Source: Basidiobolus meristosporus CBS 931.73 | Lineage: Eukaryota; Fungi; Basidiobolomycota | NCBI GenBank assembly: GCA_002104905.1 | Contig: MCFE01000357.1 | Location: 23,900 to 87,899, forward strand | Length of the DNA stretch: 64,000 nucleotides | Direction: 5' to 3' | In this document: piece after piece, positions 50,975-62,930 of the stretch | How positions within the stretch are numbered: position 1 is the first letter of the stretch | Layout: each line of letters opens with the position of its first letter | Notes under the pieces: generated by a model | What the model was told of the DNA's origin: nothing | Databases searched by the model: none | Seen by the model: the letters and a program-made list of their open reading frames with translations, nothing else | Translations under genes and position numbers: made by a program

Positions 50975-53688
50975 GCAGAAGCACTGAAAAAACTTTTCCC
51001 AACTCTGGGACGGGAGCTGTCAAAGGCACACGGCAATTCCCAAGCTCAAGCTAACAGCACGCCGGCCCTTGAGGTCCAGCTATTAATTACCGCCTGCTTT
51101 GGGGTACCCCTTTTCTTGCTTTTTTGCCTGCTACGTAGAACGTGGCACTCCATGTACACGCCCAGATCGAGATTGCGAAGGTAGGTCCCTACAAATTCAT
51201 GGTTGCTTGGCGCACACCTTAAATCCTCCCTCCCAGAAATGCTCCACCGCCACTGCCCGTCTCCTTCTTTGGTTGGATCTTACCCGTACTACGCTATCCT
51301 CAACATGATATGGTTGAACGGGTTGGTTTGGATGCCGTCATGGTAAGAAACTGCCTTCATATCATGAGCCCGACTGTTGGCATTGATGGTTAACCTCTGC
51401 CTTGCTTTAGTTGCTCAAATTCCTTGAGATGGCCTTTTTGTTGTTCAGTTCTTGTAGCGTCTTTGGAATGATAATTCTGTTGCCCATCAACTATCTCAAC
51501 GCCACCAGCCCGGAAGACGGGGAGCTCTCTCTTTCAGAAGCACTGACCAAGCTTTCCATTCCCAAGGGTTCCAAAGTGTTTGCGGCCCACTCTGTGTTCA
51601 CCTGGGTGTTTTCGCTGCTGGCCTTATATTTTCTTCATCGAACCTACGAGCAATATGTCTCCCTACGATGGACGTATCTGATTGGGGTGTCGAGATCGGT
51701 CAGTGGTAGATCGGTCATGGTCACGGCGATCCCGGAAAAACTAAGATCAAATGCGGCGCTTCGTGATTTCTTCGACAAGCTGAATGCAGGGCCGGTAGAG
51801 GCAGTCCACATCTGTCCACAACTACAAGAACTGCCTCGGATCCTCAAGAAACGCGCAGACTATCTACGGAAGTTAGAGAAGACGTGTACCGTGTATTGCG
51901 GAAACGGGGCCAAGGAATGGGAAAGGCCTTCTATAAGATTAGGGATATTGGGGCTAATTGGGCAAAGAGTGGACGTAATCGAACATTACCACAAGCTGAT
52001 ACAAAGTTACGATCACTTGGTAAGCAAGGCGAGGTCGTTGAGCTATCCACCTACCACAGTGGGGTTTGTCACTTTTGCTGACCAAAAGAGCGCAGTAAGT
52101 GCCAGGATACGACTGATACGACACCAAGCTTTACTAACCCTGTCCTCAAGAGCGTGATTGCGCAGACATTGACGCACACTCAAGCCTATACCTGTGTCAC
52201 TCAGATTGCGCCTGACCCTCGAGACATACTATGGGACAACCTGTACCGTACTCGCCGTGAAGTGCTGGTCCGCAAAGCGGCCACGGAATTGGTGATCTTC
52301 ATACTGCTGTGTTTCTGGACTTATCCAGTGGCCACATTGGCCAGCTGGCTTGGCGTCGATGGGCTACAAAAGGTTTTCCCGTACATCCAGGAATGGATTG
52401 ACCGCAATGCAATCACCCGAGGAATGATATTCAAGCTTCTGCCGTCGTTGTTCGTACTGGTGTTCATGGCGATTGTACCAATCATTCTGGAACGTGAGTG
52501 GCATGTGATATGGTCATGGCCTGGGTCTTGGTTGACTAACTCTCTTCTATATCGGCAGCCCTGATCAGATTCCAGAGAAAGCCCTCGCGCAGTCTGGTTG
52601 AGCTGGCGGTTTTGAAAAAGTATTTTCTGTTCCAACTGATCAACGTCCTCTTGATCTTCACCGTGGCCAGCACCTTTTTCTCCTCCTTCTACGCGATCGT
52701 CGAGAAGCCCACTGACATCACCACCATCCTTGGTCGGCAGCTACCATTGGTACGAGTTTCCTTCTGTCAGCATGCGAGATCTATGCTCCTAACCCGAGTC
52801 TAGTTTGCCCCATTCTTCATCAATTATGTGACCATCCTGGGGCTCGGCTACCTTCCGCTGAAGCTGGTGCAACTGGGCCCAATGATCTTGCTTAGCATTC
52901 GAAGGCTGTATTGCTCTTCTCCCAGGGATTACGCCGAGCTGCTCACGCCAGTCAACATTGATTATGGTTGGGCGTATCCCATCCCCATGCTGGTGTTTGT
53001 GATTGTGCTCACTTACTCGGTGATGGCACCGTTGATCCTTGTGTTTGGAGCGGCGTACTTCTCCATTGCGTATCTATTCCAGAAATACAACTTTCTCTAT
53101 GGTTAGTGGCTTGCGAGTATGAGCTCCCGGGGAGCAAGAATTGACAGTCCTCTTCCACCTTTAGTTTACTTCCGCCGGTTCGAGACAGGCGGCATATTCT
53201 GGCCGGTTGTTGCCAGGAGATTGGTCTTTGGGGTCTTCATCTTTCAGTTGACCATGCTGGGCGTGCTCATTTTGAACAACGCATATGTGTCTGGTTTGTT
53301 GATCGCCCCACTGTTTGTTATCACTGTGGTGGCTTATCGCAGGATTTTTCGCGCCCTGGAAGAGCGTAGCCGGTTTCTCCCATTAGAGCTCAGCGAGTTG
53401 ATAGTCCCGAAGTCGCCAGACGAGTGCACCAATCCAGAACCCATCCCAACCACCGATCTTGATCTACTCGACGACCAATACGAAGCAGCACCTACCAGCA
53501 AAACTGACTACCGAGAAAGCCCGATGAGTCGATGCCCGGGAATCCTCGATGCCAGTGAGCGTACCTATAGCCACCCCGCAATGGTTGGCGTGTTGCCGAA
53601 GCTGTGGTTACCACGAACTATCGTCGGGGTCAAGAATGACTCATCAATTTATGCTACAACAGATGAGAAACATGAGGTCCAATTGTAG
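50975..53688 (+). CDS. OSCA/TMEM63/CSC1-family mechanosensitive cation channel (multi-exon; start codon unresolved)
   Basis: LFCLLRRTWHSMYTPR; VGLDAVMLLKFL; APDPRDILWDNL; KYFLFQLINVLLIF; APFFINYV; IDYGWAYP; YSVMAPLILVFG; FETGGIFWP. Confidence 0.92.
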
Positions 53689-53778
53689 GTTGGGCTGGAG
53701 CCAGCACCAAACACCAATCAATTAATAGTCTTAATTCAACCTGTATATATACAACACACGTAATAATAAGAATCATGG

Positions 53779-53943
53779 TATGTACAAGAATATACGAAGA
53801 GGAAGCTGGTCTGTATGTACAAGTATATAGAATCTGCAACCAATAGGCTTAGCACCCAACAGCCAAACGATATGCAACCCGCGTACAATTAAGGACCAAG
53901 GTATCTTTATTACACGAAGAGAAGGCTAGTTTGTATGTACAAG
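53779..53943 (-). promoter_or_regulatory. Three candidate Puf3-type elements (CUUGUACAUA) in the APSES gene 3' UTR
   Basis: Reverse complement TATGTACAAG at 53779, 53814 and 53934, partly from a 120-bp-period duplication. Confidence 0.5.
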
Positions 53944-53968
53944 AATATGGAATTTACACTCAATGGGC

Positions 53969-54850
53969 TTAGCACCTCACCGCCAATCGATACTGCTGGT
54001 TGACGTACTGAAATTCTTGCTTACCGATGATGAATGAAACAGGTGGCTTGTAGATGACTTTATCGGTGGGTCGAGATCCATCATCCACCGAGAGTTGTTG
54101 GAGACACAGACTGGCGTAAATCGCTTCGCTCAGTTGTTGTGGGCTTTCAACAAAGTCATGGTTGAAATCTTCGGTCTTCAGCCGTTTGCTGTGGTGGGTG
54201 GATGAATACAATGGCTCTTTCTCCGCCCAAGCGGGGAAGTTTGGTTTGATGAGGTGGCTCAGTTTGTGTGCAGAGGGGTTAAGATCCCGCTTCCGTTTTG
54301 TGTTCTTCGCAGGGGTCTGACCCGAGAGAGTGGGAGAGGTGGGAGGGCTAACCATGCCGCCTTTGGAGTTTTTGATTCGTCGACGGGCTTCTAGGAGCTT
54401 GTTTTGGCGCTCCTCTAGTGGGACGGGAACTCGTGATAATGAGCCTGGATGGGTGGGGTCGAGCACTTGTTGTAGAAAGCTGGGGCCGAAGATTGGCTCC
54501 AGATCCTCTCGGATGTACCAGCAGGTTTTCGTGGCTAGGTCAAAGGCGCTTTCAAATGGCAGCCAAGTGCCCTGAATCTTCAGGAAGCCGCCGCGGATCT
54601 TTTTCACTTCGGTCGACAGCTTCGTGTTTGTCTCGAGAAGTTTGGTAATCTCGCTTTTCTCTCTCCCCATGGACTTCCAGATGCCAGTCCAGTAGACGTA
54701 CCCAGTCTCACGATCCCACAGTATTGGCTGGTTGAACGCAACATATTCATATACCGGTATGTAGCCCCTCGGGTCCAGGGAAGTGGAATACTTGGCGCAG
54801 TGAACCTGGTGCTTAGCGCAGTTGAAAGGGGTGTGAGCTACCTCAGACAT
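53969..54850 (-). CDS. APSES/KilA-N transcription factor (Xbp1/RgdA-like)
   Basis: KYSTSLDPRGYIPVYEY, LWDRETGYVYWTGIWK, KKIRGGFLKIQGTWLPF, PIFGPSF; intronless. Confidence 0.88.
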   Translation of the reverse strand: MSEVAHTPFNCAKHQVHCAKYSTSLDPRGYIPVYEYVAFNQPILWDRETGYVYWTGIWKSMGREKSEITKLLETNTKLSTEVKKIRGGFLKIQGTWLPFESAFDLATKTCWYIREDLEPIFGPSFLQQVLDPTHPGSLSRVPVPLEERQNKLLEARRRIKNSKGGMVSPPTSPTLSGQTPAKNTKRKRDLNPSAHKLSHLIKPNFPAWAEKEPLYSSTHHSKRLKTEDFNHDFVESPQQLSEAIYASLCLQQLSVDDGSRPTDKVIYKPPVSFIIGKQEFQYVNQQYRLAVRC

Positions 54851-54879
54851 GATCACAGGATATTAATCGGAAACCAATG

Positions 54880-54937
54880 AATCAAATAAGCAGTAACAGG
54901 AGGATAGGAATCAAACAAGCAGTAACAGGAGGATGGG
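54880..54937. repeat. Tandem duplication 2 x 29 bp upstream of the APSES gene
   Basis: AATCAAATAAGCAGTAACAGGAGGATAGG / AATCAAACAAGCAGTAACAGGAGGATGGG. Confidence 0.9.
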
Positions 54938-56125
54938 ATGGTTGGGGAAAATGTACAATGTAGAAGATATATCGTGCCCGGAAGGGTGGCCGGGGTATTT
55001 ATATGGCGGCCACAGGTGGAGGTTGGATAGTGTTGGGTGCTTAGCCGATGACGTTAGTGATTGCGGGGTTGCGGAAACAGGTATCAACCCACTCATTGTT
55101 CCGAGGAGGGGAGAGGGGAGAGGAGAGTGGTGTTGGTTCGCGGACCAATGACACCCGAGGATCATGTAGCCCATTGTTTCAGGAACGTGCGAAATGCCTT
55201 CAACCTTCTCGATTGATGGCTCCTTTGGCCCGGATAAGGGGGAGGTCATTCGGTCGAGCTGAGGTCGGTGATTGGAGCAGACCGAGAGCGATTAATAATG
55301 TACCCACCCCTAATCTCGCTCAGGTGACTGGTAATCGAGAAACGCTTGGTTGTTCATAATTCGCGGCCATCATTTGCCATTTGGACAAAAGTGGATTCAG
55401 CCTTGCTTTGAGCTTGAAAGCATGTGCTTGTTGGCTGTTTTCTAGGCATTTTAGAGATATACTTTGCATATGGGCCATGAATCTAACCGTACTAGAGCCA
55501 AAGCATAAGTTATTGATCTCTGTGGTTACGTTGGATGAGACATGAAATATCCTTAATGACTTCAAATAGCATTCGTCCATTATTTATTACTTGGTGACTT
55601 GTGTTGGTTGACCTACAAGTATCTCTAATAGGTGAAGAAGATACCGGCCGCAATCTTGATCTTGTTTGATATGAGTAGCCTGGAACCAGCAATGTGGCTA
55701 TGAACTCTGACAACCGCTTTTACTCAATCAGCCTTTCCTAACCCACCAGCGTTGTTGTAGCGTAATTGTGAATACTAGAAGTAACTTGGTGAACTGAAAG
55801 CGTGCTTCATGCTAATTTTAAGAACAATCAATAACTATGATACTTTTGGTTAATTGTCTGACTTGTATTGGTAAAGGTTTATCAAAGCACCAAGGGTTAG
55901 GGGAAACGGTTGCCAACATGTGGAATCTTTATTTTAGGTAAATCACAGAAGCCTGTGCTACTTTTGCTGCTTTTTACAATAGCATGGATTTGTGTGGGGT
56001 TAGTATGTAGATAAGAAAGAGCAAGTGAAAGGTACCTAAGCCACTACTCAAAAGAAAAAGTGAAAGAGGGAGTGATAAGAATGTGGACCATCAATACTGA
56101 TTGGCATAATACTATTGCAGGATTC

Positions 56126-56561
56126 TGTTGTAGAAATTTGTAATTCTACCTGAATATTCACCTACATAGTCACTTAGATCATTACCTACAAATCTTAGAG
56201 AATACTGACCAAATTGCTTATTGGGATTTACTTAGAATATTTTCACCAAAACATCAGGTATCCAGAATATGAAAATTCAGTAAGTTGTCCAACCAGCCTC
56301 AAACTTTGCACACATGCTCTTAGGTCCTTGCTAAGCATATCCTATGTGCTTGTTATGCCAAGACTATGTGAAAGTATAAACACTACTTGTACACTCAATA
56401 AATCATTAAGTAAGAACCACAAAATCTTCTTGTACTCCAAGTCACTTCCAATATCTCCAAGACTTTCACAACAGGTTATGAGCCCCAAGCTGTCACTCTC
56501 TGCAATGTCTACCACTGCTATTACTGAAAATTTTCCCTCACTTGTAGAGTTGGATGAATCT
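56126..56561 (+). mobile_element. copia 5' LTR + PBS + first ~19 codons of gag, truncated
   Basis: TGTTGTAG...CACAACA (56126-56473), GGTTATGAGCCC, ATGTCTACCACTGCT, then an abrupt join to an inverted LTR. Confidence 0.88.
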
Positions 56562-57946
56562 GTTGGAAGTGATTGGGAGAACAAGTAGATAATGTGGTTT
56601 TCACTTAATGATTTATTCAATGTAAAAGTAGTATTTATACCTTTACATGGTCTTGGCATGACAAGCACCCAGAATAAGTTAAGGAAGGTCCCAAGAACAT
56701 GTGTGCAAAGTTTGGGGCTGTTTGGACAACTTTGAGAATTTTCATGTTCTGAGTACCTTGTATTTTGGTGAAAATATTCTATGTATATCCCAACAAGGGA
56801 TTTGGTCAGTATTTCCAAGGCCTTGAAGATAATGATCTAAGTGACTAAGTTAGGTAAATATTTGGGTGGAATTACAAATTTTTAAAATACTCCCACTGAG
56901 CTAAATGCTCATACTGACTAGTCCTAATATTGACCTAAGATATTCAAATGTGTCTCTAGCTAATAGTTTGGTGAATATGTCTGCAATCATTCATTTGAAG
57001 GATAGTAAACTAAGCTAACTAAGTTATTCACTCTAGCTTCACATATGAAATGATGTCTAATATCTATGTGCTTAGTTCTAGCATGAGAGGTTGGATTTCT
57101 ACCTGATTGTATACATCCTTGATTATCTTGAAATAAAGTAATAAGCATTTCTTGACATAGGCCTAAATCTGTAAAAAGCTTTCTTCACCATATTGCTTCT
57201 TTTGTAGCTTCACAGGCTGCCATATACTCTGCCTCTGTGGTGGAAAGTTCTACAGTTGGTTGCTTTCTTGAATTCCATGAAATTGCTCCTTGACAGTAAA
57301 GAAAGGTGCATCCTGTGGTGGATCTTCTGTTGTCCAAGTTTTGTTCCCAATCAGCATCAAAGTATCCCACAAGATCCTGTCCTGAATCCTTATAAGTGTA
57401 TCTTAAGCAGATATCAGTAGTTCCTTTCAGATATCCAAAAGTCCGCTTAACTGCTGCAATATGACCAGATCCATAGTTCTGATTATGCTGGCTGACAGCT
57501 CCCACTAAATATGAGATATCTGGATATGTTCCAAGCATGATATACATCAGACTGCTGACCATAGATTGATAAGGAAAGTCAGGGCTTTCAGATGGCACTA
57601 AGCTCTCCTGATTTGGTTGAGTTTTCACCAAGTTAAGGTTTGTCTCCATTGGGGTAGCTGCTGGTTTACAGTCTTCCATGTTGTACTTCTTTAGAATATC
57701 TTGAATATACTTGGATTGGCATAGGGTGATAGGCTAGATACTTCTGTCTATGGAGAACTTTATCCCTAAGTGGTAACTGAGCTCCACTAGATCAGACATC
57801 TTGAACTCTTTAGATAGGCTGGATTTAGTCTTTTGAATGTTGCTAGGTTATTGACAGCTATAATAAGAGCATCCACATATAGAGCTAATAGAGCTGGATT
57901 TGCTCTATCTGGCTTATAGCATATACTATAATCAGCTTTACTCCTT
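56562..57946 (-). mobile_element. 3' half of a copia (RT end, RNase H, PPT, 3' LTR), reverse strand
   Basis: MEDCKPAATPMETN...GYFDADW...WNSRKQ; PPT at 56890-56900; LTR 56889-56562 lacking its last ~20 bp. Confidence 0.9.
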
Positions 57947-59906
57947 AGGGGGAGACAGTTACCAACAGGTAAAATCTATATTTCAGTTGAAACAAAGAAG
58001 CCAGCACTACAGTTGTAGCCTTGATGCAAGAGTTTGTAGATGAGGGGAGTTTTAGGTAAGTTTACAAGAAGTGAAGATAGTTCTTCAGTGCTCAAGACAC
58101 TGTTCAGTGGGAAGGGGGGTGGCAAGAGGGGTAAGAATGATTTGTGAACAACATTAATGAGGGGAATATGATAAGGATTGATATTCATCATGAAGGGAGT
58201 GTGCTGCTTCAGATATTGCTGCCAAAGATCTGTCAAGTACTTCAGGTAGGCCAGCTTGGGATTTTCTGACTGCAGAATATAGTGAGCAAACTTCTTGACT
58301 TCAGGATCTCCAAGTATAGTTCTCCAGCAGGAGCCAGGTGTAGTGTGGTGTGTTCTCTTCCAGGCCTTGATCAGTGGGTTGTTGCAGTGGTGAAGTCTGA
58401 GATACAATCTGGTTCTAAGGTAGAGTAGTCTGATCTTGTAGGGCATAAACCCAAAAGCACCAAGAATAGCATGTCTGTAGGGGCATTCAGGCAGATGAGG
58501 CACCAGGGATGTAATGGACCAGACTGCAAACTTGTCAAGTTTAGTGCAGTCTCTGGCAGTAAGAGAGAGAAGTGGTAAGCCAAATTCCAGGACAGGGAAG
58601 ACAAACTGCTTGAGTAGAAGGAGGCAGCTGGGAGCTGAAGTTGTAGGAGGAGTTACAGCCAGTAGATTGTGGAATGCTTGTCTTGCCAGGATAATTCTCT
58701 TCTACAGGTGTGCTCCAGAGTCTAGTCCAGTAGGGAGGAAAGGAAAGCCAAGATATGTAGCAGAAACTTGAGCCACTAGAGTGCAGTTGTCTAAGCTGAT
58801 AGGACAACCCAAAGGTACTGTCTTTGCAGTGGAAAGCTGGAGATTATTCTTTTGCAGATACTGTTGGATTGACTGGGAATCTTGTTGCACATTGGAGGAG
58901 GATATTCTGATGTCATCAGCAAAGAGAGTAACCAGGCAGTCCGCTGAGAGTCTTGGGAAGTCATTTAGGAAGATGGCAAACAGTATAGGACCAAGCACAG
59001 AGCCATGAACCACTCCATTAGGAACTGAGAACACAGCTGATAGCTCACTTGGGTGCAGAATTCTTGCTTGTGGATCCAGAAACAGAGACCTGACAAGGAG
59101 GGTGAGGGAGGTACTGGAGAAGCATTGCAACTTGGACCAAAGCAGATTTCTGTCAACTGAATCAAAGGCCTTAGTAATATCAAACAGAACGGAGGGATAC
59201 TTGCACTGGAGAGAGTGATCTTGGCTAAGTGTAACTGCATATTCCAAGGAGAGGCCAGGAACAAAGCCAAACTGTGCAGGGTGAAGCTTGAGGGAGTCAG
59301 AGTAGAGCTCCTGAGCAAGCAGAAGCTCAAACACCTTTCTGCAGGTGGGCAGCAGAGATATTGGCCTGTAGGAGCTAGGATCCAGGTGCTTTCCTTTACC
59401 CTGATACAGTGACAGAAACATTGGCAAAGGACCATTCCTCAGGAGTAGAAAGCTGGGCTGAGCATTGCTGAAACAGTGGAAGCAGAAGAGTAGACATGGC
59501 CTTGGTACTAGTCTTCAGAAGCTCATAGGAGATTGTGTCCACACCTGGAGCAGTAGAGTTGGGAAGCTTCTTGAGCACATTCTGGGCTCTCTCTTGATCA
59601 AGTGCAAGTGGGATTGGCAGAGTCTTGAAGTCAGGATGAAAGCCAGGAGTAGAGTACTGCTTTGTAGAGAAGAAGATGTTAGCCAGCTGTTCTGTTGAGG
59701 GTAACTTCCTGGAAGAGGGCCTCATTGCCCTGTAGAGTCTTGATACTGTTCTTGTTATAGAGTTGGAAGATTGCAGAGGCAAAGAACTCAGAATATGGTC
59801 CCAGAGCTGAGTATGCAGAGAGTGGTGAGTTGCCTTGGAGTGGTGTATGGCTGTCAGGAGGAGTTTCTCTGTTTTTGGGTTAGGGAAACTCAGGTAGCTT
59901 TGCTGC
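57945..59906 (-). mobile_element. Non-LTR retrotransposon copy 2, 5'-truncated, 3' end ...CTGTCTCCCCCTAA
   Basis: RT motifs YRPISLL, FDITKAFDSV, GSVLGPILF, LFADD; roughly 85-90% similar to copy 1 by eye; no poly(A). Confidence 0.92.
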
Positions 59907-60091
59907 TTATTGGTGATTGTTTGAGTCCATATGGAGATTTTATAAGCCTGCAGATCAAATGGGGGTAATATTGGTCAACAAACCCATCAGGCTGGTTGAT
60001 ATACATGTTCTCATCAAGTTCACCATTCAAAAATGTAGTTTTTATATCCATTTGATGAATAAAAAGCTGATATTTGGCTGCAATAGCCAAT
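59907..60091 (-). mobile_element. 185-bp copia RT fragment between the two LINE copies
   Basis: [37 protein letters not shown]...[12 protein letters not shown]; corresponds to ~12732-12916 of the intact copia. Confidence 0.9.
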
Positions 60092-60161
60092 TTAGGGTTA
60101 GGGGGGGAGACAGTCACCAACAGGTGAAATCTTTATTTCAGTTGAAACAAAGAAGCCAGCT

Positions 60162-62930
60162 CTACTGTTGTAGCTTTGATACAAGAGTGTGTAGCTGAGG
60201 GGAATTTGTAGGTAAGTTAATAAGGAGTGATGATAGTTCTTCAGTGCTCAAGACACTGTTCAGTGGGAAGGGGGGTAGCAAGAGAGATAAGAATGCCTTG
60301 TGAACAACATTAATGAGGGGAATGTGATAAGGATTGATATTCATCATAAAGGGAGTATGCTGCTGCAGATATTGCTGCCAAAGGTCTGTCAAGTACTTCA
60401 GGTAGGCCAGCTTGGGTTTTTCTGACTGCAGAATATAGTGAGCAAACTTCTTGACTTCAGGATCTCCAAGTATAGTTCTCCAGCAGGAGCCAGGTGTTGT
60501 GTGGTGTGTTCTCTTCCAGGCCTTGATCAGTGGGTTGTTGCAGTTGTGAAGACTGAGGTATAATCTGGTTCTAAGGTAGAGAAGTCTGATCTTATAGGGC
60601 ATAAACCCAAAAGCACCAAGAATAGCATGTCTGTAGGGGCATTCAGGCAGATGAGGCACCAGGGAGGTAATGCACCATACTGCAAACTTGTCAAGCTTAG
60701 TGCAGTCTCTAGAAGTAAGAGAGAGAAGTGGTAAGCCAAATTCCAGGACAGGAAAAAAAAAACTGCTTGAGTAGATGGAGGCAGCTGGGAGCTGAAGTTG
60801 CAGGAGGGGTAACAGCCAGTAGCTTGTGGAGTGCCTGTCTTGCCAGGATAATTCTCTTCTACAGGTGTGCTCCAGAGTCTAGTCCAGTAGGAAGGAAAGG
60901 AAAGCCAAGATATGTAGCAGAAACCTGAGCAGGTAGAGTGGAGCTCTCCAAGTTGATTGGAGAGCCCAAAGGTACAGTCTTTGCAATGGAAAGCTGGAGA
61001 TTATTCTTCTGCAGATACGGTGGATGGTCTGGGAGTCTTGCTGCATATTGGAGGAGGATATTCTGATGTCATCAGCAAAGAGAGTAACCAGGCAGTCAGC
61101 TGAGAGTCTTGGGAAATCATTCAGGAAGATGGCAAACAGTATAGGACCAAGCACAGAGCCTTGAACCACTCCATTAGGAACTGAGAACACAGCTGATTGC
61201 TCACTTGGGTGCAGAATTCTTGCTTGTGGATCCAGAAACAGAGACCTGACAAGGAGGGTGAGAGAGGTACTGGAGAAGCATTGCAACTTGGACCAAAGCA
61301 GATTTCTGTCAACTGAATCAAAGGCCTTAGTAATATCAAACAGAACGGAGGGATACTTGCACTGGAGAGAGTGATCTTGGCTAAGTATGACTGCATATTC
61401 CAAGGAGAGGCCAGGAACAAAGCCAAACTGTGCAGGATGAAACTTGAGGGAGTCAGAGTAGAGCTCCTGAGCAAGCAGAAGCTCAAACACCTTTCTGCAG
61501 GTGGGCAGCAGAGATATTGGCCTGTAGGAGCTAGGATCCAGGTGCTTTCCTTTATCCTTGTACAGTGGCAGAACATTTGCAAAGGACCATTCCTCAGGAG
61601 TAGAAAGCTGGGCTGAGCATTGCTGAAACAGTGGAAGCAGAAGTGCAGACATGGCCTTGGTACTAGTCTTCAGAAGCTCATAGGAGATTGTGTCCACACC
61701 TGGAGCAGTAGAGTTGGGAAGCCTCTTGAGCACATTATGGATTCTCTCTTGATCAAGTGCAAGTGGGATGGGCAGAGTCTTGAAGTCAGGATGAAAGCCA
61801 GGAGTAGAGTACTGCTTTGTAGAGAAGAAGATGTTAGCCAGCTGTTCTGTTGAAGGTAACTTCCTGGAAGAGGGCCTCATTGCCCTGTAGAGTCTTGATA
61901 CTGTTCTTGTCATAGAGTTGGAAGATTGCAGAGGCAAAGAACTCATAATATGATCCCAGAGCTGAGTATGCAGAGAGTGGTGAGTTGCCTTGGAGTGGTG
62001 TATTGCTGTCAGGAGGAGTTTCTCTGTTTTTGGGTTAGGGAAACTCAGGTAGCTTTGTTGCAGGGCTGAAACAATGGATTCCCATTTTCTTGAGGTAACA
62101 GCAGTAGTCTTGCATGACAGTGAGAGGGAGGCAGACACCAGAATCAGATGCTTCACAAAGAGCCAGGCATAGTTGAGATCATCTGGCAGAGAAAGTAGCA
62201 AACTGGCAAGCTTCAAGTAGTTCCCAAAGTCTTTCTTCTGATTCTTGGTAGCTTTGTGGGTGAGCACAGTAAGTTTTGGCAGCTTCTTCTTCACAACTGG
62301 TTGCATAGAAAGGGACCAGGCTGGGTGGTCAGAGGCTCTCAAGGATCCTAGCTCAGCTCCAGAGAATTGCTTGACTTCATTCACAAAGTAGAGGGCAGCA
62401 GCAGAAGGGCAGATCCAGTCAACACATCTTTTCTCAGATTGAGCACCTAGTGCTAGCAGGTGGCTTTCTCTCAGGCAGTTCAGTAGGAATGTAGACCTTG
62501 GCTTCATTCTTGCAGTCAGAGTAGTCTTGTTCTCAGGATGGGGAATGTTGAGATCTCCAAGCAATATAACAGATGTTGATATAGATTGTTGGTATTGCTG
62601 AACCTTCTGGCATATAACTTGCACTTCCTGAAGGGGGAGACTTGGAGGCAGATAGCAGAGCACCAGACTGATAGTTGGCAACTGGAGAGCAGCACAGTAA
62701 GGGGAGTAAAGAGGAACACAGAGCTGAGGAGTATTGATGGTAGAAGAGATGAAGCAGATAGAGGAGGTATTCTTTGTTCTAGGAGTAGAAAAGCAATATA
62801 GATTAGTCAAAAGTATAGAGGGTAGCTGGACATCAATCAAACACAGGAGGGAAAATCTTGAAAGAAGTCTCTCTAGAGTTGGTCTTGATGGCTGTATGCT
62901 GTTGCAGTTAGGCAACAGAACTTCAGGTAG
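60162..62930 (-). pseudogene. LINE ORF2: APE endonuclease + reverse transcriptase, no C-terminal CCHC or RNase H seen
   Basis: NCNSI, CYLPP, LLGDLN, VDW, SDH (APE); APGVD, YRPISLL, DITKAFD, VQGSVLGP, LFADD, YLG (RT); 1-nt deletion ~61020, TAG at 60859-60861, homopolymer shift ~60755. Confidence 0.9.

Noticed and set aside
55320-55900. Minus-strand ORF fragments just inside the right boundary
   Set aside because: Multiple stops and no recognisable family; cannot be supported as a gene or pseudogene.
58702-58704. Possible alternative genetic code (TAG = Gln) suggested by the shared TAG in the LINEs
   Set aside because: MTG1, eIF3m, the PAS gene and DUF202 all end in TAG at the expected positions.
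62032-62040. GGGTTAGGG inside LINE ORF2 (also 59877-59885, ~20 nt from the copy 2 truncation point)
   Set aside because: It encodes F-P-N-P in frame, the truncation is not at the motif, and a 9-mer is compatible with chance.
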